From the NCBI GenBank assembly GCA_963811165.1, contig CAWEQH010000010.1, positions 672,001 to 736,000 of the forward strand: DNA of 64,000 nt. The letters are read 5' to 3'. This document shows positions 12,380-21,128 of the stretch, one piece after another (the stretch's first letter is position 1; every line of letters begins with the position of its first letter). The translations under genes and the position numbers were made by a program. This DNA is from an uncultured Nitrospiraceae bacterium (GTDB lineage: Bacteria; Nitrospirota; Thermodesulfovibrionia; Thermodesulfovibrionales; UBA6898). The notes beneath the pieces were generated by a model, which was not told the origin of the DNA, did no database searches, and saw nothing but the letters and a program-made list of their open reading frames with translations.

Positions 12380-14647
12380 TTAAGGGATATTCTTTTTTAT
12401 TCTGATGCCGCCTTGGATGAGGATCACGACCATATACAGGCCGGCCACAATAAAAAAGAATGTGCGGGGCTGCACGCCGGGGTTAATGATCTGCCCGCGG
12501 TCGACCCCATTCAGCTTCAATATATATGCCTCGAGGTTCGAGATCTCCTCCTGCGTAAGGGAACGGGTATCTCCCCATGCCGGCATGTGAAGCGCAGGAT
12601 GAGGCCCCGAAGGCATCGAGCCGTGCTGGATAATCTTGTCTATATTGGCTGCGAAGACCCTTGGATCGGCATTATACAACTTCCGGTCGATCGGCCCAAG
12701 GGGAGGTACGGTGCCGTCGTCGGACCCGGGGTTCGGGAGACCGCCTTTCCCGGCTACGCCGTGACAAGAGAGGCACTGCTCATTATAGAGGTCGACGCCG
12801 TTTTCGACGCTTCCAATTATGAACGCGGCCCTTCCGACAGGTCCTTCCAGCGCCTTTTCTTCAGAAGGCACCTCTGGGGAACTCGCCCCTCCGGAAGAAA
12901 CAGCGTTTTTCTTCTCCCGCCCCTGTTGCGCAACCGGCCCGCCTTTGCCTGCCCCGGACGATGCGCCGCCCATGAGACTCATCAGATAGGCGACGAGGTT
13001 ATCAAGCTGCTCCTTGCTTAGGCTGGTGAATGCCGGCATGATCGAATTGGGGTTATGGGATTTAGGATTGGTGATCTGGTCCAAGAGCCACTGCCGGTCC
13101 TTGCCCTTAAGGGTATTTCCTGATAGTTCAGGACCGATTGCTCCGCCCTGACCGTTTATCTTATGGCAGCCGGAGCATCCGCTGGATTCAAAGACCGCTT
13201 TCCCCTTTTCAGCTTCCGGAGACTTCCTTTCCGCTCCACCGGAAGACGGCGTTCCCTCGGCAGCCGTTACGCCCCCGCTTAAGCTTAGAAGAAAGGAAGC
13301 GATCTCGTTGACCTCTTCTTTGCTCAAATTGGTAAAGGCGGTCATACTCGTCGTGCGTCCCCCCTTGGGGAAATGCGCCCGGGAATTACGGATCTGTTCT
13401 ATTAGCCATTGTCTGTCCCTTCCTTTGAGGGTATCGCCGGCGAGTTCCGGCCCGACCGACCCGCCATGGCCGTGGACCTTGTGGCAGTTCAGACACCCGC
13501 TCGACCTGAAGAGTTCCTCTCCTTTTTTCACACCGGATGCCGCCTGCGGCGGGGGCATCGTCTGTTTCACCGGCTTTGCCTCTTTTGTTTCAGGGATTTG
13601 TGCAAATCCCGGGCTTAGATAGCCGATGACCGTCAGGGTCAAAACAACACCCGCATAGGCGACCAGACATGCCATCGCAAACGGTCGCCGGAAAGGGTTT
13701 CTCTCGGAGTTCCTGTCTAGGAGGGGGACAATCAGCAAAAGAAGGACGAAGACCGCCGGGACTCCTCCCGCCCCTATAGGCTCCAAGGCCCCAGGAAAGT
13801 ACTTGAGGGCCTGATACAGAAACAGAAAATTCCATTCAGGCTTCGGCACGTAAGAGATATTTAGGGTATCGGCTGCGCCCTTAAAAGGTACCGGGGAAAA
13901 AACCGAGAGCGTTATCAGGCAGAAGACCACTGCCGATGCCGTCACCATATCTTTGAAGATCTGGTCGGGCCACAGGGGACCGGACCGCTTTCTCTTTTCC
14001 TCGTCCCAGGAGCCCCCGACGCCTGAGGTCCTGAAAGAAGCTATATGCGCCCCAACCAGAAGGACCAAAAGAGGAACGAAAACCCCCACGTGGAAAACGA
14101 AGAAACGTGAAAGGGCAAGCTGACCCATCACCTCGCTTCCTCTTAGGATGATCTTCTGCAGATCGCCGACTACCGGCACCTCGCCGGCTATGCTGCTGCC
14201 GACCTCGCCGGCCCAATAGCCCGCCTGATCCCAAATCAGCGGCGCGCCTGTAAAACTTATCGCCATGACCGTCAAGACCAGCCCGATGCCTATGAACCAG
14301 GTCAGGGGGGTTTTCTTATACGCCCCCCATATGTATACGCGCATCATATGCAGGGCGACAAGAAGCACCATCGCCTGGGCCCCCCAGTAGTGAATGTTAT
14401 GGACCAGCCACCCGAAGGGCACCTCGGTCCGAAGATAACTCACGCTGTCATAGGCATGATCAGTGGTAGGAACATAATAAAAGAGCTGGATGACTCCGGA
14501 GGAAGCCTGCAGGATAAAGATCGTGATGAGACTCGTACCCAGCGTATACGCAAAGCTTGCTCCTCCCGGGATCTCCTCATCCAGGAGCAGGTCCCTGAGC
14601 TGGTAATACGGCCAACGGTCTGTAAACCAGGTCCAGAGCCATTTCAT
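12380..14647 (-). CDS. Cytochrome b (b6 + subunit IV-like) fused to three c-type cytochrome domains
   Basis: Heme b His pairs (IHYWGA...LHMMRV; FHVG...AHIAS), PKPEWNFL, and CxxCH motifs CLNCH, CSGCH, CLSCH; C-terminal TM helix. Confidence 0.9.
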   Translation of the reverse strand: MKWLWTWFTDRWPYYQLRDLLLDEEIPGGASFAYTLGTSLITIFILQASSGVIQLFYYVPTTDHAYDSVSYLRTEVPFGWLVHNIHYWGAQAMVLLVALHMMRVYIWGAYKKTPLTWFIGIGLVLTVMAISFTGAPLIWDQAGYWAGEVGSSIAGEVPVVGDLQKIILRGSEVMGQLALSRFFVFHVGVFVPLLVLLVGAHIASFRTSGVGGSWDEEKRKRSGPLWPDQIFKDMVTASAVVFCLITLSVFSPVPFKGAADTLNISYVPKPEWNFLFLYQALKYFPGALEPIGAGGVPAVFVLLLLIVPLLDRNSERNPFRRPFAMACLVAYAGVVLTLTVIGYLSPGFAQIPETKEAKPVKQTMPPPQAASGVKKGEELFRSSGCLNCHKVHGHGGSVGPELAGDTLKGRDRQWLIEQIRNSRAHFPKGGRTTSMTAFTNLSKEEVNEIASFLLSLSGGVTAAEGTPSSGGAERKSPEAEKGKAVFESSGCSGCHKINGQGGAIGPELSGNTLKGKDRQWLLDQITNPKSHNPNSIMPAFTSLSKEQLDNLVAYLMSLMGGASSGAGKGGPVAQQGREKKNAVSSGGASSPEVPSEEKALEGPVGRAAFIIGSVENGVDLYNEQCLSCHGVAGKGGLPNPGSDDGTVPPLGPIDRKLYNADPRVFAANIDKIIQHGSMPSGPHPALHMPAWGDTRSLTQEEISNLEAYILKLNGVDRGQIINPGVQPRTFFFIVAGLYMVVILIQGGIRIKKNIP

Positions 14648-14653
14648 AAGGCG

Positions 14654-15187
14654 TTACACCCTGACCTTCCCGGAAATACCGACCTTAAAGCGCTCCCATT
14701 CGACGTAGAGTTTGCCGTTGTCGATTTTATACGGAAGGCTATCGAGCGGACGAGGGGCCGGCCCGCCGACCACCTTTCCGTCGATCGTCCAGACACTTCC
14801 GTGGCAGGGACATTCGAAATGCCGGGTTTGAGGGTTCCATTTGAAATGGCACCCAAGATGCGTGCAAATCGGAGAAAAAACCGTCAGTTCCTCGGTAGAG
14901 TGTTTGATGACCCATACCGAGCGGGTGACTTCCTGCTGAAGATAGGCATCCGTAACGCGGACCTGAAAATTCATGTCCTGGGGCTGACCTATCGGCAAGG
15001 AACCGACATCGCCGACTTCCATATAGGAAAGTTTCTGAAGCGGCGCGGAATTGATTACCGCCCTGATAAAAGGGATTCCCGTTACCAGACCGATCATGGC
15101 CGCCAACGTGCCGATCAGCCACTTAAGAAAACTCCGCCGTTCGGCAAGTCCCTGCCCGTTCTTTTCGGAAACCGGACTTTCCTGCAT
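14654..15187 (-). CDS. Rieske iron-sulfur protein of a Rieske/cytochrome b complex
   Basis: Tat motif ERRSFLK; CTHLGC and CPCHGS; GPAPRPL. Confidence 0.93.
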   Translation of the reverse strand: MQESPVSEKNGQGLAERRSFLKWLIGTLAAMIGLVTGIPFIRAVINSAPLQKLSYMEVGDVGSLPIGQPQDMNFQVRVTDAYLQQEVTRSVWVIKHSTEELTVFSPICTHLGCHFKWNPQTRHFECPCHGSVWTIDGKVVGGPAPRPLDSLPYKIDNGKLYVEWERFKVGISGKVRV

Positions 15188-15202
15188 AGGTTTCCTCCCG
15201 GA

Positions 15203-15664
15203 TTACGCCTTCCCGGGCTCCCTCTTGACCATCAAAATCGAACAGGGCATCTTTCTGAATATCGTATCGTTGATACGGCCGAAGAGGAGATGCTCGAGCT
15301 TGGATTCTTCGTGGCCTGTCATAACAAGCAGGTCGATCTTTTCCTCTTTAACAGCTTTGAGGATCTCCTCTGCCGGCTTCCCCTCCGTAAACAGCTCCTT
15401 CACCGCAACGCCCTTCTTCTTCTCTTCCCTTATGACAGCATCGAGTGTCTTCTTTGCATCACCGATGGCCTTCTTGTATTCGTCTTCGATTACCCCGAGC
15501 TGGACAGGCAGGTTCCATTCGCCCCGGATGAAAGGATCGTAGGTAACGTGGATGACATAGAGTTCGGCCCCATATTGCTGGGCCAAAGATATTCCCTCGT
15601 GGATCGCCTCTCTGCAGTACTCGGGCATCCTGCATGCTACCATGATACGTTTCATATTATGCAT
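15203..15664 (-). CDS. Universal stress protein
   Basis: UspA fold: KRIMVA...AELYVIHV...GKPAEEIL...DLLVM...PCSILMV. Confidence 0.9.
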   Translation of the reverse strand: MHNMKRIMVACRMPEYCREAIHEGISLAQQYGAELYVIHVTYDPFIRGEWNLPVQLGVIEDEYKKAIGDAKKTLDAVIREEKKKGVAVKELFTEGKPAEEILKAVKEEKIDLLVMTGHEESKLEHLLFGRINDTIFRKMPCSILMVKREPGKA

Positions 15665-15846
15665 AAGTCCCTCCTTTGAATAAATAAAAAGTTATTAATG
15701 CTTTAGGGAAATCTTATCATGATTCAGGGGGATTTCAAAGAAAAAAGTGGACGGTTTCAATCTTGAAAAAAATAATCATATTATCAGAAAAAAAAGGGTC
15801 GGGGCGAAAATAATCATCCTGCATCGCCCCATTTTTTTAACCGGGA

Positions 15847-18800
15847 CTACTGGATGATCAGATTGACGATCGTCACCTTCCCGGCGGTAATAGTTAAGGT
15901 TCCGTCTATGGTCGTGTACCACAAGTTACTGGTAAAGCTTCCGTCGTAGCCCCCTATGATTGTGATATTAATATCCTTCCAAAAGACAAGGTCTTCGGTA
16001 AAGTTGAGCGCCTTGATCTCGATCACACTCCCTTCCGATGCATCATCTAATGCCTCCTGCAGTGTAGGATATTCCGATTCACCTATCTGTACCGGGTCGG
16101 TCGTGCTGGCGGTTACATGGATTGTCTTCGTAACGTGTGACTGTATGCCGGATGCTGTCGTCGTGAGAGTCACGTCATAGTCTCCGGCGGACAAGAAGAG
16201 GTGCGTGGGATTACGCTGTGTACTTGTCGCGGTGTCGCCAAAGTCCCATAGCCACAAAGTGGGGTTATTGGTGGAGGTGTCGGTAAATGCCACGCCGAGC
16301 GGCTCCTCTCCAGACATGGGTATTGCCGTGAAATTCGCATTCGATATGAAGGTCGCCTTCACCGTAAGGTTCGCCGTAACATTCGAGATCGTGAGCGGAT
16401 TGGAGGTCGATGTCGTCGTATTGACACCGTCGTTGATCGACCACTCGACAAAATGATTCCCCGGGTCGGCGTTTGCCGTAACCGCTGTCGTACTACCTCC
16501 ATAGCCGACTGTCTGGTTCGTATTACCCGTCAAATTCCCGTCGCCTTCGACAGAGAAAGTAACTGAAAATGTAAGGAGAGTAAACGTAGCGATGCAGGTC
16601 TTGTCCGCATCCATCGTCACCTGGCCGTCTGAACAGTCGGGGTCCCCTGTCCAGCCTCCGAAGACCGAGCCGGTGACGGCCGAGGGGGTCAGTGTAACAA
16701 CCGTGTCGGCAGCATAGCCGCTACAGTTACTGCCGCAAGATATTCCAGCCGGATCATTCGTGACCGACCCGCTCCCTGTGCCGCTTTTATTCACGATCAA
16801 CGTATGACCGTCGAAGGGGACATAGACCTCTTTTGTCGTCAGCAAAAGCGAAAGCGAAGCTTCCGAAATTCCTCCCTGGGCGTCTGCATTTGCCCGGACA
16901 TAATAGCGTGTATTAAGAGGCGGGGTAAGGCCCGTGATCTCCCATCCGCCCGTGATTCGTGATGCCGGGCCGAGGGAAGTCCAGGTTTCCAGATCGGTCG
17001 ATACGTCGAAAGTCACCTTGCTGACCTCCGTGCCCGATCCGCTTCTGAGTAAGGTGACGCTGGTCCCGTCAGAAGATGCCGAAAGGTCATATGACGCCGT
17101 GGTCGTATTGGTAAGTCGGGCGACATAGTTTCTGGCCACCCCGCCCAATAGTGTAAAATTCCCCACAGCAATGACCTTCCCGTCAGGCTGCACGGCGATT
17201 CCCTGTACTGTATTGTTTGCTCCCGGATTGAAGGAGTCGTCTATGCTTCCGGCGGGGTTGATACGCGCGATCCGGCTTCGGGCCGGCGTCCATACGACCG
17301 AGGTGAAAATTCCACCGATCAGGATCTTGCCGTCGGTCTGAAGGGCGATGGAATAAACAGAGTTATTCATGTCGATGGTAAAATCAGTGTCATTGCCACC
17401 GTCGGAATTCAGACGGGCCAGATTATACTTCGCGACCCCTCCTACGGAATTAAACGTGCCTCCGATAACGATCTTCCCATCGGCCTGCAGGGCCATCGCC
17501 ATAACATCAAGCCCGACTATGTTCGGAACAAAAGACGTGTCGCAGTCGCCATCGGGGTTCAGCCGTGCTATATACTTGCGAGACACACCGCTTGTATTTT
17601 GGAAGTAGCCGCCGATAAGGATCTTGCCGTCGGGCTGAATGATTATGGAATACACGCCGCCATCCACCGTGGCGACAAACGACGTATCGATGCTTCCGTT
17701 AGAGTTCAGCCGTGCGAAGAAATTCTTCGATACCCCTGCAATGGTCGTGAAATTACCGGATACCAGGATTTTTCCGTCGGGCTGCGGCACGACGGCGTAT
17801 ACCAGATCGTTGGGACTCGGATTGAATGTGCCATCGAGACTGCCGTCCGAATTCAGCCGGGCTATTCGGGACTGTGAAACGCCGCCGACAGTAACGAACG
17901 GTCCGCCTATGAGGATTTTACCGTCGGGCTGTACCGCAATCGACCGGACAGCGTTGCCTACATTGGGGTCAGGAAAAGAGTCGTCGAGGCTGCCGTCGGG
18001 GTTCAGCCTGGCAAGCCCGCGCCTGCCATCCCCGGCAATGCTTGTGAAGTAGCCGCCAAGCAAAATCTTGCCGTCCGGCTGCTGAGCGACCGAAACGACA
18101 GCGGCGCCGGCCCCGGGACTGAAAGTGGCATCGAGCGAGCCGTTTTCATGATGGAGCCGTACGACCCCGTTGCGTGAATAGGTATTAACGGTATTAAAGC
18201 TTCCAGCCAGCACGATCTTCCCATCCGACTGCTGCAGGATCGCCTCGGCCGCGCCGCCATTGAATACAGGGATGAACCCGCTATCGAAACTGCCGTCCTG
18301 TCTGAGACGCGCCACGTTCTGCTGCCATATTGAGTTCACATAGTTGAAGGGGCCGCTGATAATTATCTTCCCGTCTGCCTGAATGCAGAGCCGGCTGATG
18401 TAATTGATGTCGATGGTAGCTGTGAACGACGTGTCGATGGTCCCATTTGCGTTTAATCGAGCTATATATGCCTTGGGAGCTCCGCCTACCGTTGTAAAGG
18501 GGCCCCCGATGACGACCTGGCCATTCGGCTGAACCGCCACTGAGTTCGCCTGAAGATTGATATTAGGACCGCTGAAGGAGCTGTCCAAAGTACCATCGGC
18601 CAGGAGCCTCACAACCTTGCTGCCTCCTCCAAGGACTATCCTTCCGTCATCCATAAGTGCGAGGGAGTAAACCCCTCCCACCGCGGGAGGATTGTTGAAT
18701 GAGCTATCGAGAGTACCGTTTGAGTTGAGTCGTGCCATTCCGTTTACGGAAGCGCCCGCAATCTCCCAGAAGCCCCCGCCGATCAGGATCTTTCCGTCAG

Positions 18801-19317
18801 GCTGCTCCTTGAAAGTATATACCATGTAGTTAGGCGCCGGATCGAATGAAGAATCCAGGCTGCCATCTGAGTTCAATCGGGCAAACCCGCTCCGCGGCGT
18901 GCTGTCCACCTGCGTGAAGTACCCGCTGATCAGGACCTTCCCGTCCGCCTGAACAGCCAGGAATCTGACGCCATTATCGAGGTTTGCGCTGAAGGTGCTG
19001 TCGAGACTCCCATCGGGGTTCAGACGGGCAATATAGCTTTTTGGCGTCCCTCCGACTGTGTCGAACATGCCGCCTATCACAATTTGACCGTTCGGCGACA
19101 GCGCGGCATCGAATACCGGGCCACCCGTAACATTCGGATCGAAGCCGTCATTGACGGTGACGGCAAACAGCGGACCGGCAGGCAAAAGACCTGCGATAAT
19201 CATACATAAGGCGGTGACGCACAAGATTGAAGTTTTTCCGATGCCTCTCTCTCTTCTCATAACAACCCCCTTCCCGGGCTCGGCCGGGACTTTCCAGATC
19301 GCTGCAGTTCTTTTCAC
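15847..19317 (-). CDS. Secreted delta-60 repeat protein with B-repeat-like and PKD domains (probable start 19260)
   Basis: Signal peptide; about 13 repeats of QPDGKILIGG.F......ARLN.DGSLD..F; PKD motif FTDTS...WLWDFGD...QRNPTH. Confidence 0.85.
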   Translation of the reverse strand: MKRTAAIWKVPAEPGKGVVMRRERGIGKTSILCVTALCMIIAGLLPAGPLFAVTVNDGFDPNVTGGPVFDAALSPNGQIVIGGMFDTVGGTPKSYIARLNPDGSLDSTFSANLDNGVRFLAVQADGKVLISGYFTQVDSTPRSGFARLNSDGSLDSSFDPAPNYMVYTFKEQPDGKILIGGGFWEIAGASVNGMARLNSNGTLDSSFNNPPAVGGVYSLALMDDGRIVLGGGSKVVRLLADGTLDSSFSGPNINLQANSVAVQPNGQVVIGGPFTTVGGAPKAYIARLNANGTIDTSFTATIDINYISRLCIQADGKIIISGPFNYVNSIWQQNVARLRQDGSFDSGFIPVFNGGAAEAILQQSDGKIVLAGSFNTVNTYSRNGVVRLHHENGSLDATFSPGAGAAVVSVAQQPDGKILLGGYFTSIAGDGRRGLARLNPDGSLDDSFPDPNVGNAVRSIAVQPDGKILIGGPFVTVGGVSQSRIARLNSDGSLDGTFNPSPNDLVYAVVPQPDGKILVSGNFTTIAGVSKNFFARLNSNGSIDTSFVATVDGGVYSIIIQPDGKILIGGYFQNTSGVSRKYIARLNPDGDCDTSFVPNIVGLDVMAMALQADGKIVIGGTFNSVGGVAKYNLARLNSDGGNDTDFTIDMNNSVYSIALQTDGKILIGGIFTSVVWTPARSRIARINPAGSIDDSFNPGANNTVQGIAVQPDGKVIAVGNFTLLGGVARNYVARLTNTTTASYDLSASSDGTSVTLLRSGSGTEVSKVTFDVSTDLETWTSLGPASRITGGWEITGLTPPLNTRYYVRANADAQGGISEASLSLLLTTKEVYVPFDGHTLIVNKSGTGSGSVTNDPAGISCGSNCSGYAADTVVTLTPSAVTGSVFGGWTGDPDCSDGQVTMDADKTCIATFTLLTFSVTFSVEGDGNLTGNTNQTVGYGGSTTAVTANADPGNHFVEWSINDGVNTTTSTSNPLTISNVTANLTVKATFISNANFTAIPMSGEEPLGVAFTDTSTNNPTLWLWDFGDTATSTQRNPTHLFLSAGDYDVTLTTTASGIQSHVTKTIHVTASTTDPVQIGESEYPTLQEALDDASEGSVIEIKALNFTEDLVFWKDINITIIGGYDGSFTSNLWYTTIDGTLTITAGKVTIVNLIIQ

Positions 19318-19598
19318 CTTCAGCCTTTTTGAGCACCGCGTCAGTAAAGAAAAAAAGCCGAAAGAAAAAGATCCAAGACTTTAACGCGCCTCGTTACTCC
19401 CAGAAAACTCTGCAGACAGAAAGCTGCTCTTTTTTTTATCGTTATCGAGCAGCAGGTGGGGTACATCACTGGCAGGATCGTGTGACTAGAAAAGCTAAGA
19501 CCGGACTTTTTACCCATGACCATTTTCTCCCTTACCGAATCTCTACCGGTTACACTGGGCCAATGGTTCATCGACCAAACTCTATTTACAAAACAGTT

Positions 19599-20084
19599 CT
19601 ACTCCACTATACAAATCGCCATCCCTGAGCCGTTGTTGACGATCTTCGTTGAGACACTGCCCATCAGGAACCGTTTGGAGGCAGATAGTCCGCGCCTCCC
19701 CAGGACGAGTGTCTGATACCCTCCGTCTCTGGCTTCCTCGATGATGCTCTCCGCCACGTCGGTCGAGTCGGAGATGGACTTCTTCTCGATCTGCTCCGGA
19801 CCTATGCCTTGTCCGATCAGCATCTCTACTGCATCCTTAAAAAGAGGTTCCAGCCTCGCCCTCTGGTTGGTAAGCCATGTCTGTATTACCTTATTCCTGG
19901 CCGCCTTCTCTTCATCGCTTAATATATGCCCGTCGTCCCAAAACGGCGCAGGCGGATAAGGAAGGACATGAAGAAGGGTTATCCCAAGGTCCCGATTGCC
20001 CGAAAACTGTTTTCCTGCGTACTCCACCGCCCTCATGGCGCACTCCGAACCGTCTATCGCGATAAGCATCTTATTCATGGCCAC
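19599..20084 (-). CDS. Universal stress protein
   Basis: KMLIAIDGSE...RAVEY; GRRGLS...LMGSVS. Confidence 0.9.
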   Translation of the reverse strand: MAMNKMLIAIDGSECAMRAVEYAGKQFSGNRDLGITLLHVLPYPPAPFWDDGHILSDEEKAARNKVIQTWLTNQRARLEPLFKDAVEMLIGQGIGPEQIEKKSISDSTDVAESIIEEARDGGYQTLVLGRRGLSASKRFLMGSVSTKIVNNGSGMAICIVE

Positions 20085-20267
20085 GCCTCCTTTGGGTCCC
20101 GTTCCTGATTAAATTGTACGCCTAAGAAGGCCGAAGTCAAGAAACGGCAACAGAAACGACAGTAAATAGTAAGAAGTGAATGGTGAATAGCACTAAGTAG
20201 TAATCCCCGAATACGTGAAAGGTGAATCGCGAATAGCGAATCGGGTCGTCACCACTCACTTTTTACT

Positions 20268-20430
20268 AGAACCTATCTCAAAATCAACGATTTGTCGGAA
20301 GTCTGTCATACCGGCGAAAGCCGGTATCCAGTGACTCATCAAGAAACGAATAAAGTCGCTGGATTCCGGGTCAAGCCCGGAATGACGAACAAAGACGTTT
20401 CCGGGAAAAAACAATTTTGAGATAGGTTCT
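20268..20430. mobile_element. 163-bp MITE-like element with perfect 17-bp terminal inverted repeats and an internal REP doublet
   Basis: AGAACCTATCTCAAAAT (20268-20284) / ATTTTGAGATAGGTTCT (20414-20430); flanking direct repeat ACTCACTTTTTACT at 20254-20267 and 20431-20444. Confidence 0.7.
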
Positions 20431-20432
20431 AC

Positions 20433-21128
20433 TCACTTTTTACTTTTTATTAATTCCCATTTCCCCTGAGGCGTCCGCACCTTTAAAGCCTTTTTGACGA
20501 TATTCAGGAACTCCGAACGCGGCACCTCTCTGGCGCCCATACTTATGAGATGTCGTGTCGTAACCTGACAGTCGATTATCCGGAATTTCCATCGAATGAG
20601 CTGCTGCACAAGTGTTGCCAGGGCGACCTTTGACGCATCGCTTTTTCTTGTAAACATGGACTCGCCGTAAAAAACACCTCCGAGCGCGACACCGTAAAGC
20701 CCTCCAGCCAGCTCACCGCCCGCCCAGCTTTCGACCGAATGCGCAAACCCTGCGTCATGCAGTCTGCAATATGCACTGATCATGTCCTCCGTGATCCAGG
20801 TCCCGTCTTCATCTTTCCGCCGTGATTCCGCGCAGCCCCTTATCACCATTTCAAATGCGTTATCGAAGGTTATCCGGTATGTCCCCTTTTTGATCGTCTG
20901 CCTCAGGCTCCTCGATACCTTGAGGTCTCCGGGGACAAGTACAAGCCGGGGATCAGGGGACCACCAAAGGATGGGAGAATCATCTGAATACCAGGGGAAT
21001 ATGCCCATCGAGTATGCCAGCAAGAGACGTTCGGGACTGAGGTCACCGCCCACTGCAAGAAGCCCGTCCTCCTCCGCCTGTTCAGGGGAAGGAAAAACTA
21101 TTTCATCAGGCAATCGGAAAACAGGCAT
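20433..21128 (-). CDS. aat: Leucyl/phenylalanyl-tRNA-protein transferase
   Basis: GLLAVGGDL, GIFPWY, WWSPDPR, GESMF, DASKVAL; follows clpA. Confidence 0.96.
   Translation of the reverse strand: MPVFRLPDEIVFPSPEQAEEDGLLAVGGDLSPERLLLAYSMGIFPWYSDDSPILWWSPDPRLVLVPGDLKVSRSLRQTIKKGTYRITFDNAFEMVIRGCAESRRKDEDGTWITEDMISAYCRLHDAGFAHSVESWAGGELAGGLYGVALGGVFYGESMFTRKSDASKVALATLVQQLIRWKFRIIDCQVTTRHLISMGAREVPRSEFLNIVKKALKVRTPQGKWELIKSKK

Noticed and set aside
14348..15679. 443-aa plus-strand ORF and other long antisense ORFs over nuo, clpA and ychF
   Set aside because: These are shadow frames opposite well-supported genes, with no recognisable motifs.
19320..19598. c-di-GMP riboswitch upstream of the delta-60 protein
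   Set aside because: No GEMM-type motifs were found on reading the leader.
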